Shown here: positions 48,103-60,201 of the stretch, piece after piece
How the letters are laid out: the number at the start of each line of letters is the position of its first letter
Position numbering within the stretch: position 1 is the first letter of the stretch
Source of the DNA: Rebecca billardiae RCC1528
Lineage: Eukaryota; Protista; Haptophyta
Assembly: GCA_965240325.2 (NCBI GenBank)
Contig: OZ251247.1
Coordinates: forward strand, 186,001-250,000
Reading direction: 5' to 3'
Length of the DNA stretch: 64,000 nucleotides
Translations under genes and position numbers: made by a program
Notes under the pieces: model-generated
Database searches by the model: none
Told to the model about the DNA's origin: nothing
What the model saw: only the letters and a program-made list of their open reading frames with translations

Positions 48103-51100
48103 ATGGCGGCGCCCGGCGGCGGCGGCGCTGGTGGCGGTAGCGCCGGCGGTGGCGGCGCCGCGCCGCGCATGCGCTTCGGCGGCGGCGCGCTCGGACGCCT
48201 CGCCGACTGGGACGGCGCGGGCGAGGCGGCGGCGCCCGCGCGCGCGCCCGGCGGCGGCGGCGGCGGCGGCGGCGCGCTCGGCGCGTGCACGCCCGAGCGC
48301 GGCGCGTGCGTCCCGGGGCACGCCGAGCGCGCGTGCGCCGGGCTGCCGGCCAAGCGCCCCGCCGACTCGCCCGCAAGCGCCACGCCCGCCGCGCCAGCCG
48401 CGCCGCTGCCCCACGGCGGCGGCGGCGGCGGCGGCGGCGCGGGCGGCGCGGGCGGCGGCGGCGGCGGCGCGCCGCCGGCCGACAGTTGGTTGGGGTTTGC
48501 GCGCGCCGCGGCGGCGGGCGCGGCCGAGCCGGGCGCTCCGCTCGGCGCGTGCGCGCAGCACGCGCACGCGCACACGCCGCGCACGCCGCCGCCGCGCGCG
48601 CTGCCCCCGCAGCCGGCGAGCGCGCCGCCGCCCTCCGGCGGTTGTGGCGGCGGCGGCGCGGCCGCGTGCGCAGCCGCGCCGCACGCGCCGCCGCCCGGCT
48701 CGGCGCGCGCGCTCGGTGGCGGCGGCGGCGTGGAGCTTTGCGCCGGCGGCGCGCACGCCGCGGGCGCGCCCGGCCCCGCGCTCGGCTGCGCGCGCACGCC
48801 CGCCGCCCGGCGCGGCAGTGGCGGCGGCGGCGGCGAGGAGGCGGCGGCGGCGGCGGCGGCGCGGCCGGCGCAGCCGCCGCCGGCGGGCGGCGGCGCGGCG
48901 GCGCTGGCGGCTGGGTGGGCGGCGGGCGGCGCGGTGCTCGGGGGCGCGTGCGCCGGCGCAGAGCACGTGGCCGCCGGCGCCCGCGCCGACGCGCCGCCGC
49001 CGCCGCCGCCCGGCGCGTCGGCGGCGCCCGCCCTGCCGCCGGAGGCGGCGGCGGCGGCGGCGGCGGCGGCCGGCGGCGCGGCCGGCGGCGCGGCCGGCGG
49101 CGCGTGTTGCTGCGGGGCGCTCGCGCGGCCGCCGCCGCCGGAGCGCGAGCCGTGGCCGCCCGGCCACGCTTCGCGCGCGGCGGGCCCGGCGCCGCCGTCG
49201 CCGCGCTCGCCGCGCGCGGGCGCGGCGGACGCGGACGACGACGCGGACGACGAGGATGAGGAGGAGGACGGCGCCGACGGCGGCCGTTACGCCGACCGTT
49301 ACGCCGGCCGTTACGCCGACCGTGACGTCGATGGCGGCAGCGGTCGCGGCGAAGGCGGCGGCGGCGGGTGCGGCGGCGGCGGCGGGTGCGTGGGGGCAAG
49401 GCGAGGGAGCCTTGGCGCGGGCGCGGGCGCGCTGGGCTGGGCGGCGGGCGGGCTGCGCGCGCGCGCTGGCGCCGCGGCGCGCGGCTGCGGCGCTGGCGCA
49501 CGTGGCTCTGCCTGCAGCGCGCTGCCGCAGATTGCCCCGCCGCCGCAGACGCAGACGCCGCCGCAGCCGCAGCCGCAGCCGCAGCCGGCGGGCGCTGCCG
49601 CGGCGGCCGGTGCGGTGGCCGACTGGGCGTCCGCGCAGCGGCGCGGTGCCGGCGGCGGTGGGCCGGCGGCGCAGCCCGCGGCGGCCGGCGGCGCGGCCGG
49701 CGCCGACGCGCCGCTCGGCTGCGGCTGGTACGCGCTCGGCGCGCTGCAGGCCGCGCCGGGCGGCGGGTGCGGGTGCGGGTGCGCGGACGCAGGCGGCGGG
49801 TGCGGCGGGAGCGGGCTGTGCGGGGGCTGCGGCCTCTCGCGCCCCGCCCGGTCCCTCTCCTGCTCGAGTGCGCACAGCGGCGTGTCGCTCAGCTCAGCCT
49901 ACTCGCCCTCCTCCGCCTCCGACGCCGACCGTTACGCCGACCGTTACGCCGACCGCTGCGCCGACGGGTACGCGTCGGGCTGCTCCGCGCCCGGCGGCCG
50001 CGCCTCGAGCAGCGGCGCCGGCACCGCCTCCGAGCGCGGCGGGTGCGGCGGCGCGTCACTGTCGGCTTCGCTCTCGGTCGTCTCGCTGTCGGAGGTGCTG
50101 TCTGAGGCGCTCTCCGAGGTGCGCGCCTTTTTTTGGTTCTGTTTAGTATTGTCTTTTTTTGACATTGTTTGTGAATGTGCCTGCTTTGCAGCGCGCGGCG
50201 CGGCGCGCGCGCGCGCGGGGGCTCGGCGCGCGCCCGCCGTCGCCCCCGCCCGCACGCCTGCCTGCCGGCCGCGCGCCGCCCCGTCGCGCCGTGTGCCCGC
50301 CACTGCGCACGCCTCCTCACATATACTCACGTCTACTCACATCTACTCACATCTACTCACGTCTACCGCAAAATGCCCGTGCGGCCGCGTCCCTCCACGC
50401 CCACGCGCCCGCCCGCACGCGCCGCCGCCCCCGGCCGCACACGCACGGCCGCAACTCCCGCCGCTGTGTGCCGCGCCGCTCGGCGGCTCCTCATTTCTGC
50501 CCTTGCATTTTGTGAATACATACGCTGATGTTTTTCTTTCTGCAGCCGGGCTCGGAGGACCTGGAGGAGGCGCTCACCGGCACGCGCGCGCACGGCTGGG
50601 CGGGCGCGGGCGGGCAGGGGCGGATGAGCGTCGCGCAGGAGGCGCTCAACGCGGCCACGATGCTCGGGCCGAGCGCGGTGGCGGTGTGGCATTGGTGCGG
50701 CGCTGCGGCTGCTGCCGCTGCTGCGCGCCCGAGCCCGGACCGTAGCCCTCCCCACCCGGACCGGAGCCCTACCCACCCGGACCGGAGCCCTACCCACCCG
50801 GACCGGAGCGCGGCGCGGCGCGGGCACGGGCGCACGCGCACGCGCACGCGCCCGCCCGCCACCGCCGCTGCCCCCGGTGCTGCGCGCGTGGCCGCCGCGC
50901 CGCGCTGGGCGCCTGGCGCCGCCACCGGCACGGCGCCTCAACCCTACCCCCAACCCTACCCCCAACCCTACCCCCCCAACCCTACCCCCCGTCCGGGCGC
51001 AGGCGGTACGTGTACGGGCACGACGGCGGCGAGCCCTCGCCCGACGACCCGCCGCCGCCGCTGCTGCCGCTGCCGCTGGACGGCGCCGCGCAGCTGCAGC

Positions 51101-52099
51101 CGCAGCAGCCGTGGGCAGTCCCCAGCGGCGGCGGCGGCGGTGCCGAGGGCGCCGACGCCTGGCCCGTGCCCGGCGGCGGTGCGCCCTCCAACGTGCACTA
51201 CGCGGACAATTCCAACCCCAACCCTAACGTGCACTACGCGGACGCGCCCACCAGCTGGGCGGCACGCGCTGGCGGCGGCGGCGGTGGCGGCGGCGGCTCG
51301 GCCGGGCCCACCCTCGTCGGCGGCCGCGCCGCCACGCCCTCGGCCGCGGCGGTGCGCGCGGCGGCGGCCGCCGGCCGCGCCGCGGGCTCGGCCGCCGCGC
51401 GCAGCACCGGGCCCGGGCCATCCTCCGGACCGTCCGGACCGCTGCTCTCCTCCGCCGTGGCCGAGGCGGCGCTCGCCGCGTCGCACGGCGGCCTCACCGA
51501 CCTGCCGCTGGCGCCGGTGCAGCGGCGGCCGAGTGGCGGCGGCGCGGCGGCGCGCGCGGCGGCGCGGCCCGCGCGCGGCGCATCGCCGCGCGCGCGCCGC
51601 CCACGCCGCGCGAGCGGCGGCGGCGAGGCGGCGCCGCTCCGCCGGCTGCGCGCCGCGGCGGACGCGGCGGCCGCGCGGCGCGGCCGCGCGCTGCGCGCCG
51701 CGGCGGACGGCGGCGCGGCCGCGCGGCGCGCGCGGCCGCGCGTGCGCGGCGCGGGCCGCGCGCGCACGCCGCCGGCGCGCGGCAGCGGCGCCGTGGCCGG
51801 CGACGGCGGCGGCGGCGGCTGGGCGGCGGCGCTCGCCGCCGCGGCCGGCGCCGGCGGCGACGGCGGCGCGCGCGCCGCGCTCGCGCGCGCCGCGCACGCC
51901 ACGGTGCAGCGCGCCGCCTCGCTCGGCGCCGGCGCGGCCGCGGCCGCGGCCGCGGCGGCGACGGGCGCGGCCGCGGACGGTGGTGCCCTGCCTGCCGCCC
52001 TCTCCGCGCGCCTGGGCGAGCTGCGCGCCGCGGCGGGCTCGGGCGCGGCGGCGGGCTGGGCGGCGGGCGCGCCGTCGGCGCTCGGCGCCGGCGCGGCGC

Positions 52100-52133
<34 letters not shown>

Positions 52134-55100
52134 GGGCCTCGCGCTCGGCGGCGGCGGCGCCGACGAAGGCGGCGGCGGCGCGTCTGCGGCGCTGCTCCCG
52201 CCCTCCGCCGCGCTCTACGCCGCCGCCTCTGCGGCGGTGGGCTGGTGGCCGCCCGTGGAGCTGCTGCTGGTGTGGGCGTGGCTGCTGCACCTCCCGTTCA
52301 GCGTCGCCTACCACGCGGCGTGCGCGCTCCACACGCTCGGTGCGCGCTGACGCCTGCCCCGGCGTGCTGCGCCCAGAGGGTAGGGTAGGGCAGCTCCTGA
52401 GGGGCCGGGGTGTTAGGGTTGGGGGTGGGGTAGGGTAGGGCTGCTCAGGGGCTAGGGGGTGCGCGTAGGGTAGGGTTGGGCGCCGCGGGCCGTAGCGCGC
52501 GCGCGCGCACTCGCCGCTGACGCCGCGCCTGCCCCGACGCCCCCTCGCCGCCGGCTGCCGCCGCGCTCGCGCGCCCCCGCGCCGTGCCCCGCCGCGCGCG
52601 GCCGCAGCGCACGAGCGCGCGGTGCACCGCGCGCGCGCGGGCGCGGCGGCGCGCGCCGCGTCGGCGCACGGCGGCGGGTGGGAAGGCGGCGCCGCGGCGG
52701 GTGGCGGCAGCGAGCGGCGGCGGCGGCGCAGGCGCCGCCGCGCCGCCGCCGCGGCGCTCGAGGCGCTCGCAGCCGGCGGCGGCGGCGGCGGCGCGGCGCA
52801 CGCGGCCGCGCTCGGCGGCCGCGCCGACAGCGGCGGCGGCGGCTCGCGGCCAGCGACGCCGAGCGGCGGCGCGGCCGCGCGCGGCGGCGGCGCGCGGCGC
52901 GGCCGCGGCGCCGCGGCGCCCGCGGCGGCGGCGGCGGCTCGCGGCGGGCTCGGCGCCGACGTGGGCGCGCCGGCGCTCGCCGGCGCGGCCGACGGCACGG
53001 TCGACGCGGCCGCTGCGGCCCTGGACGCGGCGGAGCGCGGCGGCGGCGGCGGCCGCGGCCGCGGCCGCGGCGCGTGTGGGTGCGCGGGCGCGGGCGGTAA
53101 GCGTGGCACCGCGCATGCCGACGCCGACGCCGACGCGACGGGTGGCGCGGCCGCTGCCGCCGCCGACGGCAGCGCCGCCGCGGCCGGCGGCGGCGGCGGC
53201 GGCGGTGGCAGCGGCGGCGGGCTGCTGGCGGCGCTGGCGGCGCCGCTGGCCGCGCTGCGGCGGCGCGGCGGCGGCGCGGCCGCCGCCGCCGCCGCGGCGG
53301 CGCAGCTGGGGTGCGGCAGTGGCGCCGCGGGCGGGTGCGCCGGCGGCGGCGGCGCCACCGCCGCCGCCGAGCGCGCGCCCACCGCCGCCGCCGCCTCCAC
53401 CGCCGCCGCCGACGACGACGACGACGGCGCCATCGTGCTCGAGGCGGGCAGCCGGCCACTCGGCGGCGCGCGCGCGCGCGGCGCCGCGGCGGCGGCGCGC
53501 CCCGCCGCGGCCGCGGCGGCGCTGCCGCCGTGCGTCGGCCGCGCGGGCGGTGGTGGCGCCGCCGCCGCGTGCGCACGGCTCGCCGAAGCGGACGCGCCGC
53601 CGCCCTTTGGCGCCGCCCAGCTGCCGCAGGCGGCGGCGGCCGCCGCCGCGCCGGGCGGCGGCGGCGCGGCCCGGGGCGCGGCGGCGCGCGGCGCGCCCGG
53701 CGCGTGCGGCGGCGGCACGGGCGGAGCGGCCGCGCCGCCGCACGCGCTGCGCTCGCCCGGCGGCGGGCGCGGCGCGTGCGCCGGCGGCGGCGAGTCGCCG
53801 CGCGCCGGCGGCGGCGGCGCGGCGGCCGGCGGCGCGCGCGCCGGCGGGCAGCGGCGGCGCGGCGGGCGGTGGCGCGGCGGCGCGCGCGGCGCGAGCGGCG
53901 GCGGCGCCGCCGCCGCCGCGTCCGCCGCCGAGCTCGGCGCGGCCAACCGGTACGCCGACCGTTACGCCGACCGTTACGCCGGCTCGGGCGACGCCGACTC
54001 GCGCTACCTCGCCGCGCGCCGCGGCGACGACCCGTACGACCGTTACGTCGACGGTTACGGCTACGGCGGCTACTACGCCGGGCTGGCGCTCGGCTCGCAC
54101 GCGCTGGGCGCGCCCGCGCGAAGGCTAGCCAACGCCCTCAGCGGGGCGGGGCTGCGCGTCGGTGCGCGCGCGCCCGCAGTGGGGATGCGCGCGCGCCGGG
54201 GCGCGCTCGGCGCGCCGCCGCGCGCGCGCGCCCCTCCGCCCGCCCATCGCGCGCGCCCGCCGCCCCGCCCCGCCCCGCGCCCGCCCCCGGCGGTCGCGCG
54301 TGCGCGCGCGCAGGCGCGCGGCTCGGCTGCGGCCTGGGCTGGGACCCGCACGACAACGCGTACCGCCGGCTCGACCAGACGCTCATCCACACCGGCTCGG
54401 TGCGCGCGCGCGCGCAAACCCTCACCCGATGCCGAGCCCGAACCCGAGCCCTACGCGCGCGCGCGCGCACGCGCGCGCCGTCCACCGACCGTGTGCCGCC
54501 CGTTACCCCTCCTACCCGCATTACCCCTCCTACCCGCATTACCCCTCCTACCCGCATTACCCCTCCTACCCGCATTACCCCTCCTACCCGCATTCCCCCG
54601 CTCCATGTGCCGTGCAGGCGCTGACGGCGTACGCCCTCTCCGCCTCGCTGCCCTTCGCCTCCGCCGTGGGCGCGCTCGCGCTGTTCGCCGTGTACTGCCT
54701 GTGGCGCTACCCGCACCAGCGGTGCGCAGCGCGCCACCGGCACCACCCGCCGCCGCGCGGCCGCGCCCGGCCCTGCGCCCGCCGCCCGCCGCGCGCGGCG
54801 CGGCCGAGCGCGCGCGGCCGCGCACCGACCTCCCACCCCCCTCGCCCGTGCCCCTGGCCGCGCCGTGCGCACGCGCGGCGCAGCCCGGTGTACCGGCAGC
54901 TGTGCATCGTGGTGGCCGTGCTCTCGTCCTCGTGCGCCATGGCCTACCGGTGCGCAGCGGCGGCGGCGGAGGCGCGCGGCGGCGCGCGGCGGCGCGCGCG
55001 GGCGCGGCGCGTGCATGCATGCGTGCACAGCGCGCGCGCACAGCCACGCCTGCGCCGCTGCCGCCGGCCCCGGACGCGCCGCCGCGCCCGCGCCGCCCGA

Positions 55101-55535
55101 GTCCGCGCGCGCGGCGCGGCTGGCGCTCTCGTGCGGCGCGCGCTGAGGCCTGCGCACTCACCCCCCCCACGCCCCCTGCCGCCGCGCGCGCCCGCACGCC
55201 CGCGCCACGCGCGCACGCGCCCGCGCGCGCACCCCACGCGCAACCGACGCCGCGCGCGCGTGCGCCCCTCCAGCCGCGACACGCTCAACTTCCTCGCGGC
55301 CGTGACCGCGTTCGCGGCGGGCGGCGCGTGCTTCGCCGTCAACCGCACGCTGCTGCGCGGCTGGGGCCACTCGCTCTTCCACTGCTTCCTCTGCGTGTAC
55401 GTGTACCATGCGCTCAGCAGCGCGCACGCGCTCGCGGTCGGGCTGCACAGGGCGGAGGTGGCCGGGCTGGTCGCGCGCGCGCTCGACGCGGGCGTGCTGC
55501 CGCCCGGCGCCGAGGCGGAGCCGCGCTGGTCCTGA
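48103..55535 (+). CDS. PAQR/hemolysin-III-like (CREST superfamily) multi-pass membrane protein with very long Gly/Ala-rich insertions (8 exons)
   Basis: Exons 48103-50118, 50546-50694, 51003-52339, 52608-54161, 54314-54399, 54618-54721, 54884-54949, 55274-55535, with phases consistent. CREST motifs in order: QEALNAATM, FSVAYH (SxxxH), RRLDQTLIH, GHSLFH (HxxxH), with hydrophobic helices. Confidence 0.75.
54503..54592. repeat. 18-bp tandem repeat TTACCCCTCCTACCCGCA x5, intronic
   Basis: Five exact copies. Confidence 0.95.
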
Positions 55536-56694
55536 CGGACAGGCCGGGGGCCGCACCGGCACTCGACGGGCGGCAGCGCCGGCTCGCAGGCCGCCGAGCA
55601 CGCCATCGCAGCAGCAGCAGTACGGTTTACTCGGCCTGGATGTAAGCGCGAGCACTATCAGCGGAGCTGACAGTCGACACAGTCGTCTGTCGTGGCGCGC
55701 GGACTGAAGCCACTGACGATGATGAATAAGGCTCGTCGGAATAATCCGGACGAGTATATCCGCCGCCGGAGTCCGCGTCCTGACTGCGCTGCTGATGACG
55801 ATATCGATATGACGGATGACCGCGCCACTGATGATCCGCACTAGCTGCTGTGCGAACATGTATGCGCGCGCGCGCTGATATGCGGCGCCGCGAGTCCCGC
55901 CAGGCGGCGCGCCAGGCCCGGGATCGGCGCAGCGGCCCGCCGCCGGGACGACCGCTGCGACGACTGACTGATGACGACGACCCGCGGCGCCCGTTACCGA
56001 GTAGAGTCGCGTACTCATCCCGGTATTGGCTCGCGCGCGGGCCGTGCGCCCGCATATCGGACCGGCGGCTACGGCTGCTGCTCACTCTGACCGGAGCGGG
56101 CCCCGCGGCGCCGTGCTGCGCCTCTGTCTCGTCAAGCGCTATATATAATGCGCCGGCTGACCTGTCGACTACCGGCCGTGCCGCCCCGCGGCCTGATCAC
56201 CCGGCCGCGGTGGGATTGAGTCTGACGGACTCGCCCGTCCGCGTAGTAATTTAAAGGGCGTCGCGGCTCGATCGTCATTATACGACCGCTGATCACTGAT
56301 CAGGCTGATGCGCGCTCTGTCGGAGCCAGTGACGCGTAGAGTAACGTCGTACTATGATGATATATGATGACGATGATATCAGTCAGCTAGCAGATATCGT
56401 AGTCGATATATGACGATGATGATGACGCGTGAATTAAATGACGCAGCGACTGATGGCAACGGGCACCCGCCGTCCCGCGGCCGCGCCGACGACGGGCGGA
56501 CGACTGCATCAGCAGCAATGCTGGGCACGCAATGGCGCACTGCTACTGGCTCAAGCAGTCCGATCGATTGATTGCACTTTGCAGCGACTCACTCAGCAGC
56601 AGGGCGACCGCCGGAGCATTGGCAGTAATAGCCTGATCGCCGCCGACGACACGGCACTGTGAGCCGCAGTGCGGGCAGCGCAGCAGGCTGCTGC

Positions 56695-58188
56695 TCAGCG
56701 GAACGCAGTCCGCAGGGACCCGACCAATGCAGGCGTGGCCACGTGGCTTGGCTCGTCGTCGTCCACAGCCGTGCGGAGGCCGAGGCCGAGCGCGGCTGAG
56801 TGCACTCCACACGCGTACACGCTTCCATCCACCGTCTCAAACAGCGAGTGGCGTATGCCCTTGGCACAGCGCACCACGCGCATGTGCGACAGGGCAGTCA
56901 CGCGTGCAGGCGCCAGATGACCTTCATCCGTGCGCCCAGTGCCCAGCATGGCGGGGAAGTTGCTCCCGAACGTGTGCACGCTGCCGTCCGCGTCCAGCAC
57001 CGCGCTGCAGTCGTTGCCGGAGTACGCGCGCACGGCGCGCACGCCTGCAAGGGCCTTGATGCGCTTGGGCACGGCGCCGGCTGGGCGGTCGCCACGCCCG
57101 GGCTTGCCCATGGCCCCAAAGCCAAACGAGCGCACGCCACCATCCGCGCCCACCACCAGGCTGTGGTCACCGCCCGCGCTCACGTGCACGGCGCGCACGC
57201 CCGCTAGCGCCTCGATGCGCCTCGGCGTGTGCTGATGCTGCGTGTCGCCGTGGCCGAGACGGCCGTCCGAGCCAGTGCCGCACGAGTAGACGGCGCCAGG
57301 CGCAGATACGAACAGCGTGTGGAAACAACCTGCAGCAACGCCACCCAAGCGCACGCCGTCCAGCGCCTCGATGCGCGTCGGCTCCCACCGGTCCTTCGTG
57401 TCGCCGTGGCCGAGCTGGCCGAAGTAGTTGCGGCCCCAGCTGTACGCGCAGCCCGCGGCGGTGAGTGTGAGGCTGTGGTAGTGGCCGGCCGAGATGGCGA
57501 CGACGGGCTCGCTCGCGGGTAGCTCGGTGAGTGCGAACGAGTGCCGCTCCTCCGTGTCCCCCAGCCCCAGCTGGCCACTCAAGTTGTCGCCGCAGCCGTA
57601 CACGGCGCCGGCCTCAGTCAGCGCGAGCAGGTGGCCGCAGCCAGCGGCCACAGCGACCACGCGCACCGCGGAGAGCGAGGGCACGCGCGTGGGCACCACG
57701 ACAGCGGTCGCATCCACGTGTCCAATCGCGGGCGGGGCAACGACCTCGTCCGTCGGCTGCCAGTGCGCGTCCTCCACCGCCTGCTCGCCGCACGTGTGCA
57801 GCCCGCCCTCCGTGTCCACGAACGCGCTGAAGCTGTCGCCGCCGCACGCGATCGGGCTCGCGTGCGCGCACGCCAGCTGGTACACGCACTCCAACTGGAA
57901 GAGCTTATCAGACCACGTGCGCACGCCTGCGGGCAGCTCGGCGGGCAGCGCGCGCTCGTGCCCGCGCGCGCGCGCGCGCGCACGAAGCGCGTGCTCGACC
58001 GGCGAGCGGCCACCGGGCGCGCCGCGGAAGAGGCGCGAGGCGGCGTTCGTGGCGGCGAGATCGCGCGGAGCGTCAAGATGGTGCAGGATGCGCTCGATCA
58101 GCTCCGATGGCAGGCCGGCCAGTGGAGGCTGCGACGGTGAGCTCGCGAGGGCGCGCGCCGCGCCGCTGCTCTGTCGCGTCCGAACCAT
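56695..58188 (-). CDS. F-box + RCC1-repeat protein, copy H
   Basis: First ATG at 58188; LAGLPSELIERILHHL F-box plus seven blades. Confidence 0.9.
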   Translation of the reverse strand: MVRTRQSSGAARALASSPSQPPLAGLPSELIERILHHLDAPRDLAATNAASRLFRGAPGGRSPVEHALRARARARGHERALPAELPAGVRTWSDKLFQLECVYQLACAHASPIACGGDSFSAFVDTEGGLHTCGEQAVEDAHWQPTDEVVAPPAIGHVDATAVVVPTRVPSLSAVRVVAVAAGCGHLLALTEAGAVYGCGDNLSGQLGLGDTEERHSFALTELPASEPVVAISAGHYHSLTLTAAGCAYSWGRNYFGQLGHGDTKDRWEPTRIEALDGVRLGGVAAGCFHTLFVSAPGAVYSCGTGSDGRLGHGDTQHQHTPRRIEALAGVRAVHVSAGGDHSLVVGADGGVRSFGFGAMGKPGRGDRPAGAVPKRIKALAGVRAVRAYSGNDCSAVLDADGSVHTFGSNFPAMLGTGRTDEGHLAPARVTALSHMRVVRCAKGIRHSLFETVDGSVYACGVHSAALGLGLRTAVDDDEPSHVATPALVGSLRTAFR

Positions 58189-58544
58189 CGCTGGTACACG
58201 GCCGCTCCGCCGTCGCGCGTCACTCGCGTCTCGCGCCGTCGCTTCGGGCAAACCGTCGCCCTCTCTTGGCCAGTCGCGGCGGCGGGCGGCGGCCGTTGGC
58301 GGAGAGGGCGGCCGTTGGCCACTCGTCGTCCGTCCAATATGGCGCCAGCACTTTGCTAGTTTGCTTTTCCCAGCACTTTGCTTTTCCCGCGCCCCGTTTC
58401 TTATGCGCCCCGTTTCTTATTACAGCTAGTGCTACAGTGCTATCATCAATGGCCGGCACCGACCGCACTTCGCAGGCAGTCGGCATCGCGGATCGCCGTC
58501 TGGCGGAGGGTCGACAGCACCGTCACAGGCTCGCAGGCCCAGCC

Positions 58545-60071
58545 TCACACCGATGCAGAGTAGGCGGCATGCACGCACGGCAGGTGCGCGATGCGCGTGA
58601 TCGAGTGGAGGACGTCCGGCGGCCCCCCATCCTCGTCGGGCAAGTGGGGCCCGTCGGCGTCGGCGGCGGGGCTCTCGTCCACGCCGAGGCCGAGCGCAGC
58701 CGACCGCTTGCCGCACGAGTACACGCCGCCGTCCGCAGCGACGTACAGCGCGTGGTGCGCACCGAATGCGCAGCTGAGCACACGCGCGTGTGCGAGGGCA
58801 GCCACGCGTGTGGGCTGATCGACGTCCATCTCCGGGGTGTCGAGCCCCAGCTGGCCGTTGCGGTTGTTCCCGAACGTGTGCACGCTGCCGTCCGCGCCCA
58901 GCACAGCGCTGCAGTGGGTGCCAGCGCACGCGCGCGCAGCGGTGACGCCAGCCAGGGCGTCGATGTGCTCGGGCAGAAGCTGCGAGCCGGTGCCATGACG
59001 GCCGAGGCAGCCGTGACTTCCTCCCCCTCCAAACGCGTGCACGCCACCCGCCGCGTCTACCACCAGGCTGTGGTCTTGGCCCGCGCTCACGTGCACGGCG
59101 CGCACGCCGGCCAGCGCCTCGATGCGCCTCGGCGTGTGCTGATTCTGCGTGTCGCCGTGGCCGAGCTGGCCGAACTGTCCCCAGCCGCACGAGTAGACGG
59201 CGCCTTGTGCAGAGAGCAGTAGCGTGTGAGAATACCCAGCTGCCAGCCCGCCCACGCGCAAGCCATCCAGCGCCTCGATGCGCGTCGGCTCCCACCGGTC
59301 CTCCTCGTCGCCGTGGCCGAGCTCGCAGTCCCTGTTGCAGCCCCAGCTGTACGCACAGCCAGCCGCGCTGAGCGCGAGGCTGTGGAAGCCGCCAGCAGCG
59401 ATGCACACGGCGGGCTCACTCACGGGCAGCTTGGCGAGAGCGAACGCTCGCCGCTCCTCCGTGTCGCCCAGCCCGAGCTGGCCGCAGCGGTTGTTGCCGC
59501 AGCCGTACACGGCGCCGGCCTCGCTCAGCGCGAGCAGGTGGTCCCACCCAGCAGCCACCGCGACCACGCGCACATCGCTGAAGGAGGCGACGTGCGTCGG
59601 CACGCGCACAATCGGCGCATCCGAGAGGCCAGTGGCCGCGTGCACTCGAGCCGCCTCGCCCGTCGGTTCCCCGGTGTCCTCGTCCCGCACCTCCTCCTCG
59701 CCGCACGTATGCAGCCCGCCTTCCACGTCCACAAACGCGCTGAAGCCACCGCCGGCAGCTGCCGCGGCGGCGTGTGCGTGAGCCACTGCGAGCACGCCCT
59801 CACGGGCGAAGAGCTCTTCCACCCACGTGTGCACGCCCGCGGGTAGCGTCGCCGGCAGCGCGCGCTCGTGGCTGCGCGTGCGCGTGCGCTTGAGCAGCGC
59901 GCGCTCGACCGCCGAGCGGCCGCCGGGCGCGCCGCGGAAGAGGCGCGAGGTGGCGTTGGCGGCGGCAAGCTCGCACGCGCGATCGAGATGGTCGACGATG
60001 CGCTGGATCAGCTCGGGTGGCAGGTCGGTCAGCCGCTTTGCTCCCGAGTGCGCGTCGTCGTCGGCTGCCAT
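58545..60071 (-). CDS. F-box + RCC1-repeat protein, copy I
   Basis: MAADDDAHSGAKRLTDLPPELIQRIV plus seven blades. Confidence 0.9.
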   Translation of the reverse strand: MAADDDAHSGAKRLTDLPPELIQRIVDHLDRACELAAANATSRLFRGAPGGRSAVERALLKRTRTRSHERALPATLPAGVHTWVEELFAREGVLAVAHAHAAAAAAGGGFSAFVDVEGGLHTCGEEEVRDEDTGEPTGEAARVHAATGLSDAPIVRVPTHVASFSDVRVVAVAAGWDHLLALSEAGAVYGCGNNRCGQLGLGDTEERRAFALAKLPVSEPAVCIAAGGFHSLALSAAGCAYSWGCNRDCELGHGDEEDRWEPTRIEALDGLRVGGLAAGYSHTLLLSAQGAVYSCGWGQFGQLGHGDTQNQHTPRRIEALAGVRAVHVSAGQDHSLVVDAAGGVHAFGGGGSHGCLGRHGTGSQLLPEHIDALAGVTAARACAGTHCSAVLGADGSVHTFGNNRNGQLGLDTPEMDVDQPTRVAALAHARVLSCAFGAHHALYVAADGGVYSCGKRSAALGLGVDESPAADADGPHLPDEDGGPPDVLHSITRIAHLPCVHAAYSASV

Positions 60072-60201
60072 CTCGTTGGAGCCGGCAGGCGCGGTGGCCG
60101 TAAACTGCCCACGGTACAGCAACGATGGCAGCCGTCGCACGAGCCCCCGCGTGGGCATGGCTGCCACTACCACACGTCGCTACTCGCTACGCGCGGTGCT
60201 A

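Noticed and set aside
55700-56450. TGA/GAT-rich patches (also near 3090, 12060-12220, 21190) as a specific element
   Set aside because: Low-complexity intergenic or 3' sequence without a definable consensus or boundaries.
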